Translations under genes and position numbers: made by a program
The notes under the pieces: generated by a model
What the model was told of the DNA's origin: nothing
The model's database searches: none
The model's input: only the letters and a program-made list of their open reading frames with translations
In this document: positions 38,135-47,979 of the stretch, one piece after another
How positions within the stretch are numbered: the first letter of the stretch is position 1
Layout of the letters: every line of letters starts with the position of its first letter
Origin: an uncultured Bacilli bacterium
GTDB taxonomy: Bacteria > Bacillota_I > Bacilli_A > RF39 > UBA660
Reading direction: 5' to 3'
DNA length: 60,645 nucleotides
Assembly (NCBI GenBank): GCA_944329465.1
Contig: CALVII010000001.1
Location: 1 to 60,645 of the forward strand

Positions 38135-38644
38135 CTAAAATTTTTTAGAAATTGCTAATATGTTTAACATTTCTTTAGCAATACCCCTAGTATCACCAAA
38201 TTTTTTAGCATTTTTTGTGATTTCAGATTTAACATCTTTTACATTTATATATTTATGGCAAAAATTACCAGCTTTTTCATTATCAGTTAAATGTAAATTT
38301 TCTTCATGTGGTTTTTCTTCTAATATTAACTCATAATAATTAATTTCTATCTTTTTATTTCGCCTTTTCTCAGGCCAATCTTTATAATACCCTATTGCTT
38401 GAGCAAAGGGCTCTAATGAAGTTAAATTCAATTTTATTCCAAGTTCTTCTTCTATTTCACGATTAATTGTATTAATTAAACTTTCGTTAGGTTCTACTGT
38501 TCCGCCTGGAAATTCAAAATCATTATGAGCATACACTAAAAGCATTTGATTTTCTTTATTAAAAATTAACAATTTTACTTTTTGTACATAATCTGTAATA
38601 TCTTTGTCTAATAAATTATCCTCATTATAAATTATTTTTTTCAT
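38135..38644 (-). CDS. Nudix hydrolase (canonical box)
   Basis: GGTVEPNESLINTINREIEEELGI. Same subfamily as the 37603 and 28817 products (shared ...WPEK.RNKK.EI.YY... block). Confidence 0.85.
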   Translation of the reverse strand: MKKIIYNEDNLLDKDITDYVQKVKLLIFNKENQMLLVYAHNDFEFPGGTVEPNESLINTINREIEEELGIKLNLTSLEPFAQAIGYYKDWPEKRRNKKIEINYYELILEEKPHEENLHLTDNEKAGNFCHKYINVKDVKSEITKNAKKFGDTRGIAKEMLNILAISKKF

Positions 38645-38650
38645 ATTATA

Positions 38651-39481
38651 TCACCTCACAAATTTTTTCGACTTATTAAATAATACATTCCTATATTTAT
38701 CATATTTAGGATATTTGGCAATCCATCTCATTGAATTTAAATATTCAAACAAAAATAAATTGTAATTAAAATATTTATTATTATATATATCTGGTGCTAA
38801 TTGACATATAATACTTTTAATAGATTGGAATGCCATGTTATCAATAATCACATTATTGTCTTTATTAATAAATGAATATGGATCATCAGCCATTCTAAAA
38901 ATAGAATATATTTCTTTTTCTATAGGAGCAAATTCTATATGTTCAAAGTCAACCAATTTTAAACAATCATTATTAACATATATAACATTATTGAATTGTA
39001 AATCACCATGAATTTGAAAACAAGTATGCATATAGAAATGGCTTTTAATATATTCACGCATTTCCAATAAACATTGAATTGAATTATCATTTGGAATAAT
39101 ATTATTTTCTAGAATAATACTCAAATATTTATCGAATTCTGCTAAATATATATATTGATAATTTTCTTTTGAACGTATTTTATGCAATTCATTGCAAATT
39201 TTTTTTAAGGCGATTAAAACCTGCTGCCTATCACTAACAGATAAAGTACTCCATACTGTAAACAAATTATATCCTTTTATTTTTTCAATAATAATATACA
39301 TGTTATTACAGTCAGTATTATATTCGTATAATTTTGGCATAAAATCATAATGCCTATTCAAATAAAAATCCACTTCCCTTAAAAAATTTTCTCGCCTATT
39401 TAGATTATAACATACTTTTTTTAAACTGTCTTGATTTATAATAATTTCATTATTAAAACCAATTTTTATTTTCTGTTCCAT
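38651..39481 (-). CDS. Aminoglycoside/choline-kinase-fold (APH-like) small-molecule kinase
   Basis: Catalytic loop IHGDLQFNNVIY (HxDxxxxN) and metal-binding LVDFEH (DFE). Confidence 0.7.
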   Translation of the reverse strand: MEQKIKIGFNNEIIINQDSLKKVCYNLNRRENFLREVDFYLNRHYDFMPKLYEYNTDCNNMYIIIEKIKGYNLFTVWSTLSVSDRQQVLIALKKICNELHKIRSKENYQYIYLAEFDKYLSIILENNIIPNDNSIQCLLEMREYIKSHFYMHTCFQIHGDLQFNNVIYVNNDCLKLVDFEHIEFAPIEKEIYSIFRMADDPYSFINKDNNVIIDNMAFQSIKSIICQLAPDIYNNKYFNYNLFLFEYLNSMRWIAKYPKYDKYRNVLFNKSKKFVR

Positions 39482-39493
39482 AAATATTCCTCA

Positions 39494-41014
39494 CTATTGT
39501 AATTGTTGTATTGCTTCCTTAATAGCTACGAAAGATTCAACAAGTTCTTGTGGAGAAAGTGCAAAAGTAATTCTACCAATCAATTTATCATCAGTAAAAT
39601 AACCTAAAGATGAACCAATTAAAAATTTTACATTTTTATATATATAAAAATATTGTAACAGTTTTTTATCATCAGTAATAGTTATATTTTTAAATGTTCT
39701 GTTTTTGAGTAATGAAAAATCTAATAATACAAAGAATCCTCCATTAGGTTTACAATTAGGCAATAAAGAAATTTCTTTAATTCCATCTTTAATTAATTCT
39801 GAATCATTTGTATAATGCCTTATAGTTTTACTAATTCGTTTCTTTAACTTTTTATCTTTTATTATATCTATTCCACTAACTAATGCTAGTACAAGATTAT
39901 ATCTAAAAACATATTCTCCCCTAATTTTTTTAAAATATTTATTATAATATTTATATCTATATGGAGAATTATTAAAAGCACCTATTAAAGCAGCACTTTG
40001 AATGATAGGATATGAATCCATTTGCTGAAATATTTTATTTTGTAATTGTCTAATAATAACTTCATCAGCAACAACAAAACCAGCACGCAAAGCAGCCAAG
40101 CCATAACATTTGCTTAAACCATTAATAGTAATAACGTTGCTAAAATGTTTACCTAATGTTGCCATAGGAACTGCCATTTCGCTTTCACTATAGCAAATAT
40201 CTCTATAAACTAAATCATCAATTATAAAAAAATTATATTTGTTTGCTAATTCTATTAAATCATTCAATAGTTTTAAATCTTTTACACCTAACGATTTTCC
40301 TAATGGATTAGAAGGATTACAATTTAAAAAGGCTTTTACACGAGGTACATAGTTAAGATTTTTATATTTTTCTTTTAACTCTTTATTTTTCTTGTTTATA
40401 AACTTTTTAAGTTTTGCAACATTTATTTTCCAATCATCATCTTCAGATAAATCAATAATTTCACAAAATCCCATCAATCTTTCTGGAACAAAATCAAAAA
40501 AGCTATAATTAGGACCTGGTACAATTACAACATCATAAGGTTTAAGAATGGTTTCAAGGATTAAATTATAAGCATGAGTAGTTGACATTGTAAAAGCAAT
40601 GTTATCTATTGTTAATCCATTTGTAAAAGGAATCATTTCTTTGTTTTTCTCATTAACAAAACCCTCTTTTATTAAATAGTTCATAATAATTTTTCGATGC
40701 TTTTCTAATCCCGCAGCACTAGGATATGAATATAAAGGTTCTTTCAAAACTTTTTTTACTTCTTTTATACATGGATAAAAAGGCTTACTTTTTAAGGGAT
40801 CTCCACTAGAAAAACTATGTTTTGGTAAATTTTTATCTATTAAATTATTATATTCTTTTGTTTTTCTACTACAAAAGTCAATTGCATCATTAACTATAAA
40901 AATTTTTTCAGAAAATTGTTCGTTTAGTTGCCTTTTTCCCAAAAAAGGAATACCCTTAGCTTTTTTTTTCAAAAATGGTTCATTATTTATTATTTCTTGT
41001 ATTATTTTTTCCAT
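39494..41014 (-). CDS. PLP-dependent aminotransferase, class I/II fold, long form (506 aa)
   Basis: NPSNPLG, IIDDLVYRD, and the PLP-lysine context GLSKCYGLAALRAGF. Paralog of the 47980-49533 product. Confidence 0.8.
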   Translation of the reverse strand: MEKIIQEIINNEPFLKKKAKGIPFLGKRQLNEQFSEKIFIVNDAIDFCSRKTKEYNNLIDKNLPKHSFSSGDPLKSKPFYPCIKEVKKVLKEPLYSYPSAAGLEKHRKIIMNYLIKEGFVNEKNKEMIPFTNGLTIDNIAFTMSTTHAYNLILETILKPYDVVIVPGPNYSFFDFVPERLMGFCEIIDLSEDDDWKINVAKLKKFINKKNKELKEKYKNLNYVPRVKAFLNCNPSNPLGKSLGVKDLKLLNDLIELANKYNFFIIDDLVYRDICYSESEMAVPMATLGKHFSNVITINGLSKCYGLAALRAGFVVADEVIIRQLQNKIFQQMDSYPIIQSAALIGAFNNSPYRYKYYNKYFKKIRGEYVFRYNLVLALVSGIDIIKDKKLKKRISKTIRHYTNDSELIKDGIKEISLLPNCKPNGGFFVLLDFSLLKNRTFKNITITDDKKLLQYFYIYKNVKFLIGSSLGYFTDDKLIGRITFALSPQELVESFVAIKEAIQQLQ

Positions 41015-41639
41015 TATTAATCACTAATACCTTTTTTTTACTTTTTGTTGATTGATTAAAATTAAGAAATTGGTCAACTAATTCATTAGGAGTAAATAAT
41101 TCCGAATCTAATTCAATTGGTAAAATATCAAATTTCTGAATTAATTGCTCCCACATTTTTCTTTCCCATATACTTTGTATTTTCACTTCTTCAACATTTG
41201 TAGAACGCATACTACGTTCACCTCTATTAAACCTATCCAGCATTCTTGAATAAATTACCTCAGGACTACAATTAATCAAAACTGCACTAATATTAGTATT
41301 CAAATTCAATAATGTGTTAATTAAATTATTGGATAACGTAGCAACATACGACAAATCTCCATCTATTGAAACAAAATCTTTATTTCTTTGCAAGGCGTAA
41401 TGAACATCTGAAACAACACAATTATGTTGAGTACAAAATGAAATAAATTGATTATCAGCCTCTTCAGAAGAAACATAACTAAACATATTGGCTTCATCAT
41501 ATCCTTTTTGTACTGCACAATCTTTAAATGCATCTAAACGCCTATAAGTATCACAATTATATTTCTTTTTTAATTCCTTCACAAAAGTACTTTTACCACT
41601 ACTTGAAGCTCCACCAACAAATATCAAATTATTAGCCAT
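40983..41639 (-). CDS. P-loop kinase-like protein
   Basis: Walker A FVGGASSSGKSTF within the first 20 aa. Size and layout of small-molecule/nucleotide kinases. 32-nt overlap with the downstream gene. Confidence 0.55.
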   Translation of the reverse strand: MANNLIFVGGASSSGKSTFVKELKKKYNCDTYRRLDAFKDCAVQKGYDEANMFSYVSSEEADNQFISFCTQHNCVVSDVHYALQRNKDFVSIDGDLSYVATLSNNLINTLLNLNTNISAVLINCSPEVIYSRMLDRFNRGERSMRSTNVEEVKIQSIWERKMWEQLIQKFDILPIELDSELFTPNELVDQFLNFNQSTKSKKKVLVINNGKNNTRNNK

Positions 41640-41642
41640 ATA

Positions 41643-42884
41643 TCATTCCTCCATCATAAATTTAATATTATCTATATTTTCTTTATTTTCATATAATATA
41701 TCATATATTTTATTTAATAAAACATTATCGTAAACAGCACAACAATCATTACAACATAACGGTAGTTGTTTTCTTATCTCGTTAGATACTTCATTGTTAT
41801 ATAATTGACTTACTTCATTTACTTTACCATTTAATTTTCCATAATGAAATTGCTTGTCAATAATTTTATCCGTTTGAGTACAAACAATTAAATGATCTCC
41901 ATATAAAACCGGATTGAATAATGCACTAAAGCATATATTAAAACTATTATTTCTTAATTTTCTATCGTCAGAAGATGAATTATATCTTGTTGGTACTTGA
42001 ACTTGTTTTAGATGTTTATACTTTGAATCAGCAATTTTTTTTAATATACTTTTCAATTTAGTGCTTATTTTAGTGGGACTATTGTCATTATATTTAAAGA
42101 CTTTGGCTAATTGAACACAATCAATTCCTATTTTATCTAACTCATATATGAAATCTTCATATAATTCAGAAAATTCTTCTCTTATGCAAGCTCTAACTCC
42201 TATTAATAAGTCACATTCTCTATTATACTGTTTTCTTAATGATACAATTTTCCTTAAAGTATTTAATGAATCTTCATAAGTATATTTTACATGTTTTTGA
42301 TTAGAAAATAAATTATAAGTTATATGATCTATTCCAGGAAAACTTATTCTAATAAAAGAAGCATTTAAAACAAGTTCTGTTAAATCATCATCAGTTAAAC
42401 CACTACCTGTGGACACATAAATAATCTTCATATTACATTTTTGACTAGCATATTTGATTATTTCTTTTCTATAAACATATAAATCCGGATTACCCTCTCC
42501 ACAAAATTCAATTCTAACATTCTCAACACCATTTTCTTTTGAATAAGTAGAAATGTCTTTCAATATTTTTTTATATTTATCAATGTCTAAAACTAAATTA
42601 TTTATATTTTTTTTTGCCCACTCTCTTGATTCTTTTACTAAACAATCTTGACATCTAAAATCGCAGAATGGATAGTCTTTAACTGTTAATGAAACAATTG
42701 GATAATTTTTTGTTTTACCACTTACTATTTCTTTTATAATATTAGCATAATCAACTATAGAATTGGGATAAAAATGTTGTGGAAATTGATTATCTACTTT
42801 TAAAAGAACCTTATTATTCAATTTATTAAAAATAGTAAAACTTTTATAACTAAAATTTTTTTTAAGCGTACTCATTTTTAACAC
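41643..42884 (-). CDS. Radical SAM enzyme
   Basis: CDFRCQDC (Cx3Cx2C) cluster-binding motif and a GEGNP (GGE-like) SAM motif. Cys-rich C-terminus (LPLCCNDCCAVYD) that could hold an auxiliary cluster. Confidence 0.8.
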   Translation of the reverse strand: MLKMSTLKKNFSYKSFTIFNKLNNKVLLKVDNQFPQHFYPNSIVDYANIIKEIVSGKTKNYPIVSLTVKDYPFCDFRCQDCLVKESREWAKKNINNLVLDIDKYKKILKDISTYSKENGVENVRIEFCGEGNPDLYVYRKEIIKYASQKCNMKIIYVSTGSGLTDDDLTELVLNASFIRISFPGIDHITYNLFSNQKHVKYTYEDSLNTLRKIVSLRKQYNRECDLLIGVRACIREEFSELYEDFIYELDKIGIDCVQLAKVFKYNDNSPTKISTKLKSILKKIADSKYKHLKQVQVPTRYNSSSDDRKLRNNSFNICFSALFNPVLYGDHLIVCTQTDKIIDKQFHYGKLNGKVNEVSQLYNNEVSNEIRKQLPLCCNDCCAVYDNVLLNKIYDILYENKENIDNIKFMMEE

Positions 42885-42937
42885 CTCATTTTATCATTTT
42901 CTGTTTTAAACATGCCATCAAAGTTATTATATTGTCT

Positions 42938-43618
42938 TTATATGGCTTTAGTTTTTTCATATCTAATTTCCTTCAAAGTATGGTTTTTCATCTTAAATAT
43001 TCTATCAGATATTTTTTTAACAAATTCTTCTTCATGTGAAACTATAATCAAAGTCATATCGTCTTTTACCATTTCATCTATTAATTTTAAAACTTCCTTT
43101 TTCATTTCTTTATCCAAAGCACTAGTAGGTTCATCCAATAGAATAATTTGAGGTTTCATTAATACAGTTCTAATTATAGCCACTCGTTGTTGTTGACCAC
43201 CAGATAATTCATCTGGATAATTATATTTTTTTTCATCTAAACCTACTTTTCTTAACATAGTTATTGCTTTTCGTTCAGCCTCTTCTTTAGAAAAATGTAA
43301 GATTTTAATTAATCCTATTGTTAAATTTTCTAATACAGTTAAATGTTCAAATAAATTATATTCTTGAAATACTAATCCTATTTTTTGCCTTAATTCTGTT
43401 ATTTTCATATCTTTAATGTCTGTATTGTTTAATAATATTTTACCAGAATCATAATTTTCTAATCTATTTAAACATTTTAATAAAGTTGATTTCCCGCTAC
43501 CGCTTGGCCCAACTATAGAAACTACTTCACCTTTTTTTACATCAAATGATATATCTTTAAATATCACATTGTTACCATAGTATTTAGAAATATTTTTTAT
43601 TTGTAACATATTATTCAA
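42938..43618 (-). CDS. Polar amino-acid ABC transporter ATP-binding protein (GlnQ-like)
   Basis: GPSGSGKST, LSGGQQQRVAI, LLDEPTSALD. The approximately 226-aa size is typical of GlnQ/ArtP. Confidence 0.92.
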   Translation of the reverse strand: MNNMLQIKNISKYYGNNVIFKDISFDVKKGEVVSIVGPSGSGKSTLLKCLNRLENYDSGKILLNNTDIKDMKITELRQKIGLVFQEYNLFEHLTVLENLTIGLIKILHFSKEEAERKAITMLRKVGLDEKKYNYPDELSGGQQQRVAIIRTVLMKPQIILLDEPTSALDKEMKKEVLKLIDEMVKDDMTLIIVSHEEEFVKKISDRIFKMKNHTLKEIRYEKTKAI

Positions 43619-45137
43619 TCACCTGTTTTCTTTTATTAACTTTCTTCTCTATGTATTCTAATAACTTTTGAAATACTATGCAAATTAATAGATAAATCAA
43701 TGCTACTGCAATTAGTGAAAAGAAAGCATCAAAAGTTCTTGAACGAATTAAATCTCCTATTTTAGTTAAATCCATTATTGCAATATAACCAACGATTGAT
43801 GTAGATTTAATAGTAGAAATGACTTGACCTTTATATATAGGAATTATATAACTTATAATTTGTGGAAAAATAATATATTTTACAGTTTGATATTTAGTAA
43901 AACCAATTGAATATGCAGCTTGAATTTGATTTTTATTTATTGCTTCATAACCACCTCTAATCATTTCAGCTACATAAGCAGATAAATATATAGAAAAAGT
44001 AATAATAGAAACTACTATTGCAGAAAGAGGAGTTTTAACAAAAATTAAGTAATACATAATCAATAATAACACTGTAATTGGCATGCCCTGCATAAATGAA
44101 ATAAAAATTTTTGAAATAAATTTCATAATTTTTTTATTTGATACTCGCATTATTCCTACAATAACACCTAAAATAGTACCAAATATAATTGAAAGAATAG
44201 ATATTTCTAGTGTTGTTAACGTTCCTTTGATAAATAATTTATATCTATCTTCTTTTACAAAAGTATTTACAAAATTTTGCTTGATATCCTCTACAACATT
44301 TGAATTTGATATAGAATTTTTTAAAACTATTGCGACAACATCACCCTTATAATTAGGGACAGAAAATAGCATGGATTCTTCTCTCTCTTTTGTAACAATA
44401 ATTCCACATCCAGCCATATCAACTTTACCAACATTAACTGCAGTAAGCAAACCATTCCAATCCAAAACATTAACATTTAAACTATAATCCAATTTATCAC
44501 AAATAAGTAGCATTAAATCTATATCATAGCCAACAATCTTATCATCTTTTAAATAAGAAAATGGGGCTGAAGTAGCTAATGTACCAAAATTTATCGTTCC
44601 ATTTTTTCCAGAAAGTTTTATGTTTTCCAACTTCTTTTCTGATTCATTATTCCCCATCCATTTTTTTTGTAAATAATCTAAAGTACCATCTTTCTTTAAG
44701 TCCAATAAAACTTTATCAACTTTTTCTTTTAATTCTGGATTATTAGGACTAATAGCATAAGCATAATTTTCTACTCCTATAGGTTCATTAAGTATAGCCA
44801 AATCGTTATTATTCTTAATTTCTTCATTAGCCATCGCATCATCTGTTACATAAGCAGCTATTTTACTATTTCTTAAAGCAGAAATTCTATCTACTGCATT
44901 ATCATAGTATTTTAAATCAACATTTTTTAACTTTTTCTTAATTATAGAATCAAAAGTACTCCCTGTTGCTATTCCGATTTTTTCACCATTTAACTCATCC
45001 AATGAATTATAATACTTCACATCAGTAGTAGAATGAAACATTAAAAATGCAACAAATATCAAAATTATAACAACTATAAAAATAAAACTTTTCACAACTT
45101 TATTTTTTATCACTTTTTTAATCTCCTTACATTGCAT
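43611..45137 (-). CDS. Fused substrate-binding domain / permease of a polar amino-acid ABC importer (GlnP-like)
   Basis: Signal anchor, about 250 aa of family-3 solute-binding sequence (GYDIDL, IVTKEREES, ...KKWMG), then a His/Glu/Gln/Arg-type permease with an EAA-like loop (AAYSIGFTKYQTVKYIIFPQ). Confidence 0.85.
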   Translation of the reverse strand: MQCKEIKKVIKNKVVKSFIFIVVIILIFVAFLMFHSTTDVKYYNSLDELNGEKIGIATGSTFDSIIKKKLKNVDLKYYDNAVDRISALRNSKIAAYVTDDAMANEEIKNNNDLAILNEPIGVENYAYAISPNNPELKEKVDKVLLDLKKDGTLDYLQKKWMGNNESEKKLENIKLSGKNGTINFGTLATSAPFSYLKDDKIVGYDIDLMLLICDKLDYSLNVNVLDWNGLLTAVNVGKVDMAGCGIIVTKEREESMLFSVPNYKGDVVAIVLKNSISNSNVVEDIKQNFVNTFVKEDRYKLFIKGTLTTLEISILSIIFGTILGVIVGIMRVSNKKIMKFISKIFISFMQGMPITVLLLIMYYLIFVKTPLSAIVVSIITFSIYLSAYVAEMIRGGYEAINKNQIQAAYSIGFTKYQTVKYIIFPQIISYIIPIYKGQVISTIKSTSIVGYIAIMDLTKIGDLIRSRTFDAFFSLIAVALIYLLICIVFQKLLEYIEKKVNKRKQVIE

Positions 45138-46357
45138 TTATCTTTGGCTACTTCGATTGTAAAATCATCATAAACAACTTGCATTTTGTTTAACACATCT
45201 AATATATCAGTACCACATACTTGAACCCAGCCAGAGCAATCAGAACCAACACGCCTCTTTTTTTGGAACTCGCCAGGTATCGCAAACAATTCTCCATCTA
45301 TTACTCCATCATAACTTAATAATTGTTCTAAAGGTGTAACATATTTTATTATTCCTTCTAAATTAGGAAGATTCAAAGTTCCAACACACTTTTTTATATT
45401 AGAATATTTTAGATTTACTTTTTTACCAATAGCAATATCAATTAAACTGTTCCAAATATCAAATCCATATGACAAGCTATGATTTTCACAAGCACGTCCA
45501 CCAGGTAATCGCCATCCCAATTCACTAGCTATTATAGAACCATTTGACATTACAAAAATTTCTATTGTCATAGTGCCATTCTTTAAACCAAAGCCATCAA
45601 CTATTTTTTGAATATATTCTTTAGGTGTCATCTCAAAATAATCTGGTTGATTTATACAAGTCATATGAGCATGCAGTTTATTTTCTATACTAGCCCAAAT
45701 AGTAGCATTCGGAAGATAAGTTAAATATGAATCCAAAACAATTCCATCTTGCACCAAACTTTCAATTGACCATTCATGTCCATAACAAAATGTTTCTACC
45801 ATATATTTATTAGGCTTTATTTCAATATCTAAATCATTAATATCTTTTACTGACTCTATCTTATAAACGTTCATACTATTCATAGCTCTACGAGGCTTAA
45901 AAATTATGGTTTGGCAATTGTTTTTATAAAAGAAATCAATAATATCATTTTTTGACTCAATTGGTGCATAGTCAACTGTAGAAAGACCAATTTCGTTGAA
46001 TTTATCTTTCATATCAACTTTATCTCTCACCCATTTAACTTGTTCAAAAGATAAACAAGGTAAATCCAGACTATGCGCAATATGATTGGCGATTTCCATA
46101 TAATACTCTGAATCATTTAAAAAACAATCCAAAGTAATATTCTCCTTGTCCAACCACTCTTTAAATTTTCTTATTTCAGTATCATAATCTTTTTCAGTAT
46201 CAAAATAATAAACATTTTGCTCCATCAATTCCTCTTTACTAAAAAATTTATTTATTGTTTTTACTGCTCTAACCTTTAACACATTTACATCATTACGAGC
46301 TGCCAATTTTTTTGATAAAGGGCTTACAAATTCTTCAAAATATAGTAGGTTTTTCAT
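45110..46357 (-). CDS. ATP-grasp ligase (L-amino-acid-ligase-like)
   Basis: 415 aa. IIFKPRRAMNSMNVYKI (central-domain Lys loop), MVETFCYGHEWSIE and ASELGWRLPGG C-domain pattern. Confidence 0.65.
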   Translation of the reverse strand: MKNLLYFEEFVSPLSKKLAARNDVNVLKVRAVKTINKFFSKEELMEQNVYYFDTEKDYDTEIRKFKEWLDKENITLDCFLNDSEYYMEIANHIAHSLDLPCLSFEQVKWVRDKVDMKDKFNEIGLSTVDYAPIESKNDIIDFFYKNNCQTIIFKPRRAMNSMNVYKIESVKDINDLDIEIKPNKYMVETFCYGHEWSIESLVQDGIVLDSYLTYLPNATIWASIENKLHAHMTCINQPDYFEMTPKEYIQKIVDGFGLKNGTMTIEIFVMSNGSIIASELGWRLPGGRACENHSLSYGFDIWNSLIDIAIGKKVNLKYSNIKKCVGTLNLPNLEGIIKYVTPLEQLLSYDGVIDGELFAIPGEFQKKRRVGSDCSGWVQVCGTDILDVLNKMQVVYDDFTIEVAKDKCNVRRLKK

Positions 46358-47070
46358 TTTATTAACCCCCTTGTTTTTATTTTTATATCTTCTGGAACCT
46401 TATTAGCATCCATTATTTGATTTATACCAGTTAATAAAAACGGTATTATGTCTTGACTATAATAATCAGATAAACTAACAACTTGAGTTACATCTAATGA
46501 ATCAATATAATTAACAAGCGCTTCATAAAGACACTTTTTTTTATTTTCAAAGCCACTAAAATTGCTATATGATGTTTTTAATAATTTACTATTCCAAATC
46601 TCAATGCTTTTTTTATCTCTTTCTATTCCTACTTTTGGTGATTCATAAATTCTTTCCCTTTGAAATGTTTCTGGATATTCATAAGCAATCGTTCTATAAT
46701 AAAGTGCAACATCATATGTAGAAGTAATTTCTTTTTCTTTTACTCTATTTTTATAGAGTAAATTTTGAAAGTCATTATTATCCATATATATTTTTGCATC
46801 TAATAATCCTCTATCACAAATAGCAATATTAGCAGAGGTTTCATTTAAGTATTCTTTTATAAATTGTATTTTAAACAGCAAATTCTGAAAATCAAAATAA
46901 GAAATATTATCACCAGGCATATAATTTAAAGATAACAAGCCTCTTGCCGTTTCTGAAATAATTATAACTTTCATACCTCTTGATACTAACTTGTGCTTTA
47001 AAAAAGGCAACGATTCTGTTTTTCCTCCACATGGTCCACCAGTTAATACTACTTTATATGAACTCACCAT
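46354..47070 (-). CDS. P-loop NTPase/kinase of the NadR-C-terminal (AAA_28-like) type
   Basis: VVLTGGPCGGKTE Walker A at the extreme N-terminus, then ISETARGLL. 4-nt and 7-nt overlaps with its neighbours. Confidence 0.55.
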   Translation of the reverse strand: MVSSYKVVLTGGPCGGKTESLPFLKHKLVSRGMKVIIISETARGLLSLNYMPGDNISYFDFQNLLFKIQFIKEYLNETSANIAICDRGLLDAKIYMDNNDFQNLLYKNRVKEKEITSTYDVALYYRTIAYEYPETFQRERIYESPKVGIERDKKSIEIWNSKLLKTSYSNFSGFENKKKCLYEALVNYIDSLDVTQVVSLSDYYSQDIIPFLLTGINQIMDANKVPEDIKIKTRGLIK

Positions 47071-47978
47071 TTCATTCTCCTATTTATACTTTTCGATAAA
47101 ACTTTAGTAATTTCATTTTGAACATTTTTATTTTCAATATATTTAGTTAATAAATCTGGTTCAGCTAATTCAACTTCCATTATTTTTGGAATATCATCTA
47201 CGACAACCATATCCACTCTCATATACAAGTAGTCTTGAAATTCTAGAATACTTTCCACCTCATGAGCTAAATTTAAAACTGATTTTGGAACATTTTCTAT
47301 TAAATATGGTTTTTGTTTTGCATGAAAAACGTTTGGAAATCTTAACATAGTGTGTGTAAGTTGTCCATCAATAAATATACAAGAATATTCTCCAAAATTA
47401 ATCTCTGAAATAAAAGGTTGTATCATAATTTCAAGATCACCGTTTTCTTGCATAAGTGGTTCAAATTTTTCTCTTACATCTTTTAATTCGATTGTATTAG
47501 GTATTTGGAAATTTATATTATTCACATCTAATAAAAAAGTATTTTCACCGCTACCAGAAATAGTCGGTTTTATTACTATTGGAGTTGAGTTCGCTAATTC
47601 CAATAATTTTTTTGAAAATTCTGCTGAATATAAATCTGCAGATGTTAAAAACGCTGTATTTATATGTTCAATATTATAATTGTCAAGAATATTAAATTGC
47701 TTATTTTTTTGGATATTTGTTAAAACCATATCTGGATTATTTAATAACTGTATATCTTTTTCTTTTAATTCGAAAAGCCATGATTTAAATTTTTTATAAT
47801 TGTTTTGGTATCCCCAAACAGATCTCAAAATCAATAAGTCATAATCATCAAGTTTATCTTCTTCCCAAGAAATAATTTTTGCTTTAATATTAAGATTTTC
47901 TAAAGCCAATTTCAGCCTCTTATCTTCATCAATTTTTTCTTTCCATTTATCACAAGAAACAATACCAACTTTTGCCAT
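47064..47978 (-). CDS. ATP-grasp ligase (RimK/glutathione-synthetase-like)
   Basis: VIKPTISGSGENTFLL, MIQPFISEINFGEYSCIFIDG, and YMRVDMVVVDD...MEVELAEPDL. Confidence 0.65.
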   Translation of the reverse strand: MAKVGIVSCDKWKEKIDEDKRLKLALENLNIKAKIISWEEDKLDDYDLLILRSVWGYQNNYKKFKSWLFELKEKDIQLLNNPDMVLTNIQKNKQFNILDNYNIEHINTAFLTSADLYSAEFSKKLLELANSTPIVIKPTISGSGENTFLLDVNNINFQIPNTIELKDVREKFEPLMQENGDLEIMIQPFISEINFGEYSCIFIDGQLTHTMLRFPNVFHAKQKPYLIENVPKSVLNLAHEVESILEFQDYLYMRVDMVVVDDIPKIMEVELAEPDLLTKYIENKNVQNEITKVLSKSINRRMKW

Positions 47979-47979
47979 T

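Noticed and set aside
41643-47978. Idea that two ATP-grasp ligases plus a radical SAM enzyme make a RiPP (graspetide/microviridin-like) cluster
   Set aside because: The operon gaps (at most 103 nt) leave no room for a precursor-peptide ORF, and I found no convincing small ORF with an RBS in 51034-51323. The transporter is an SBP-dependent importer, not an exporter/protease. Aminotransferases, kinases and Nudix genes do not fit RiPP logic. Not formally excluded without a small-ORF scan.
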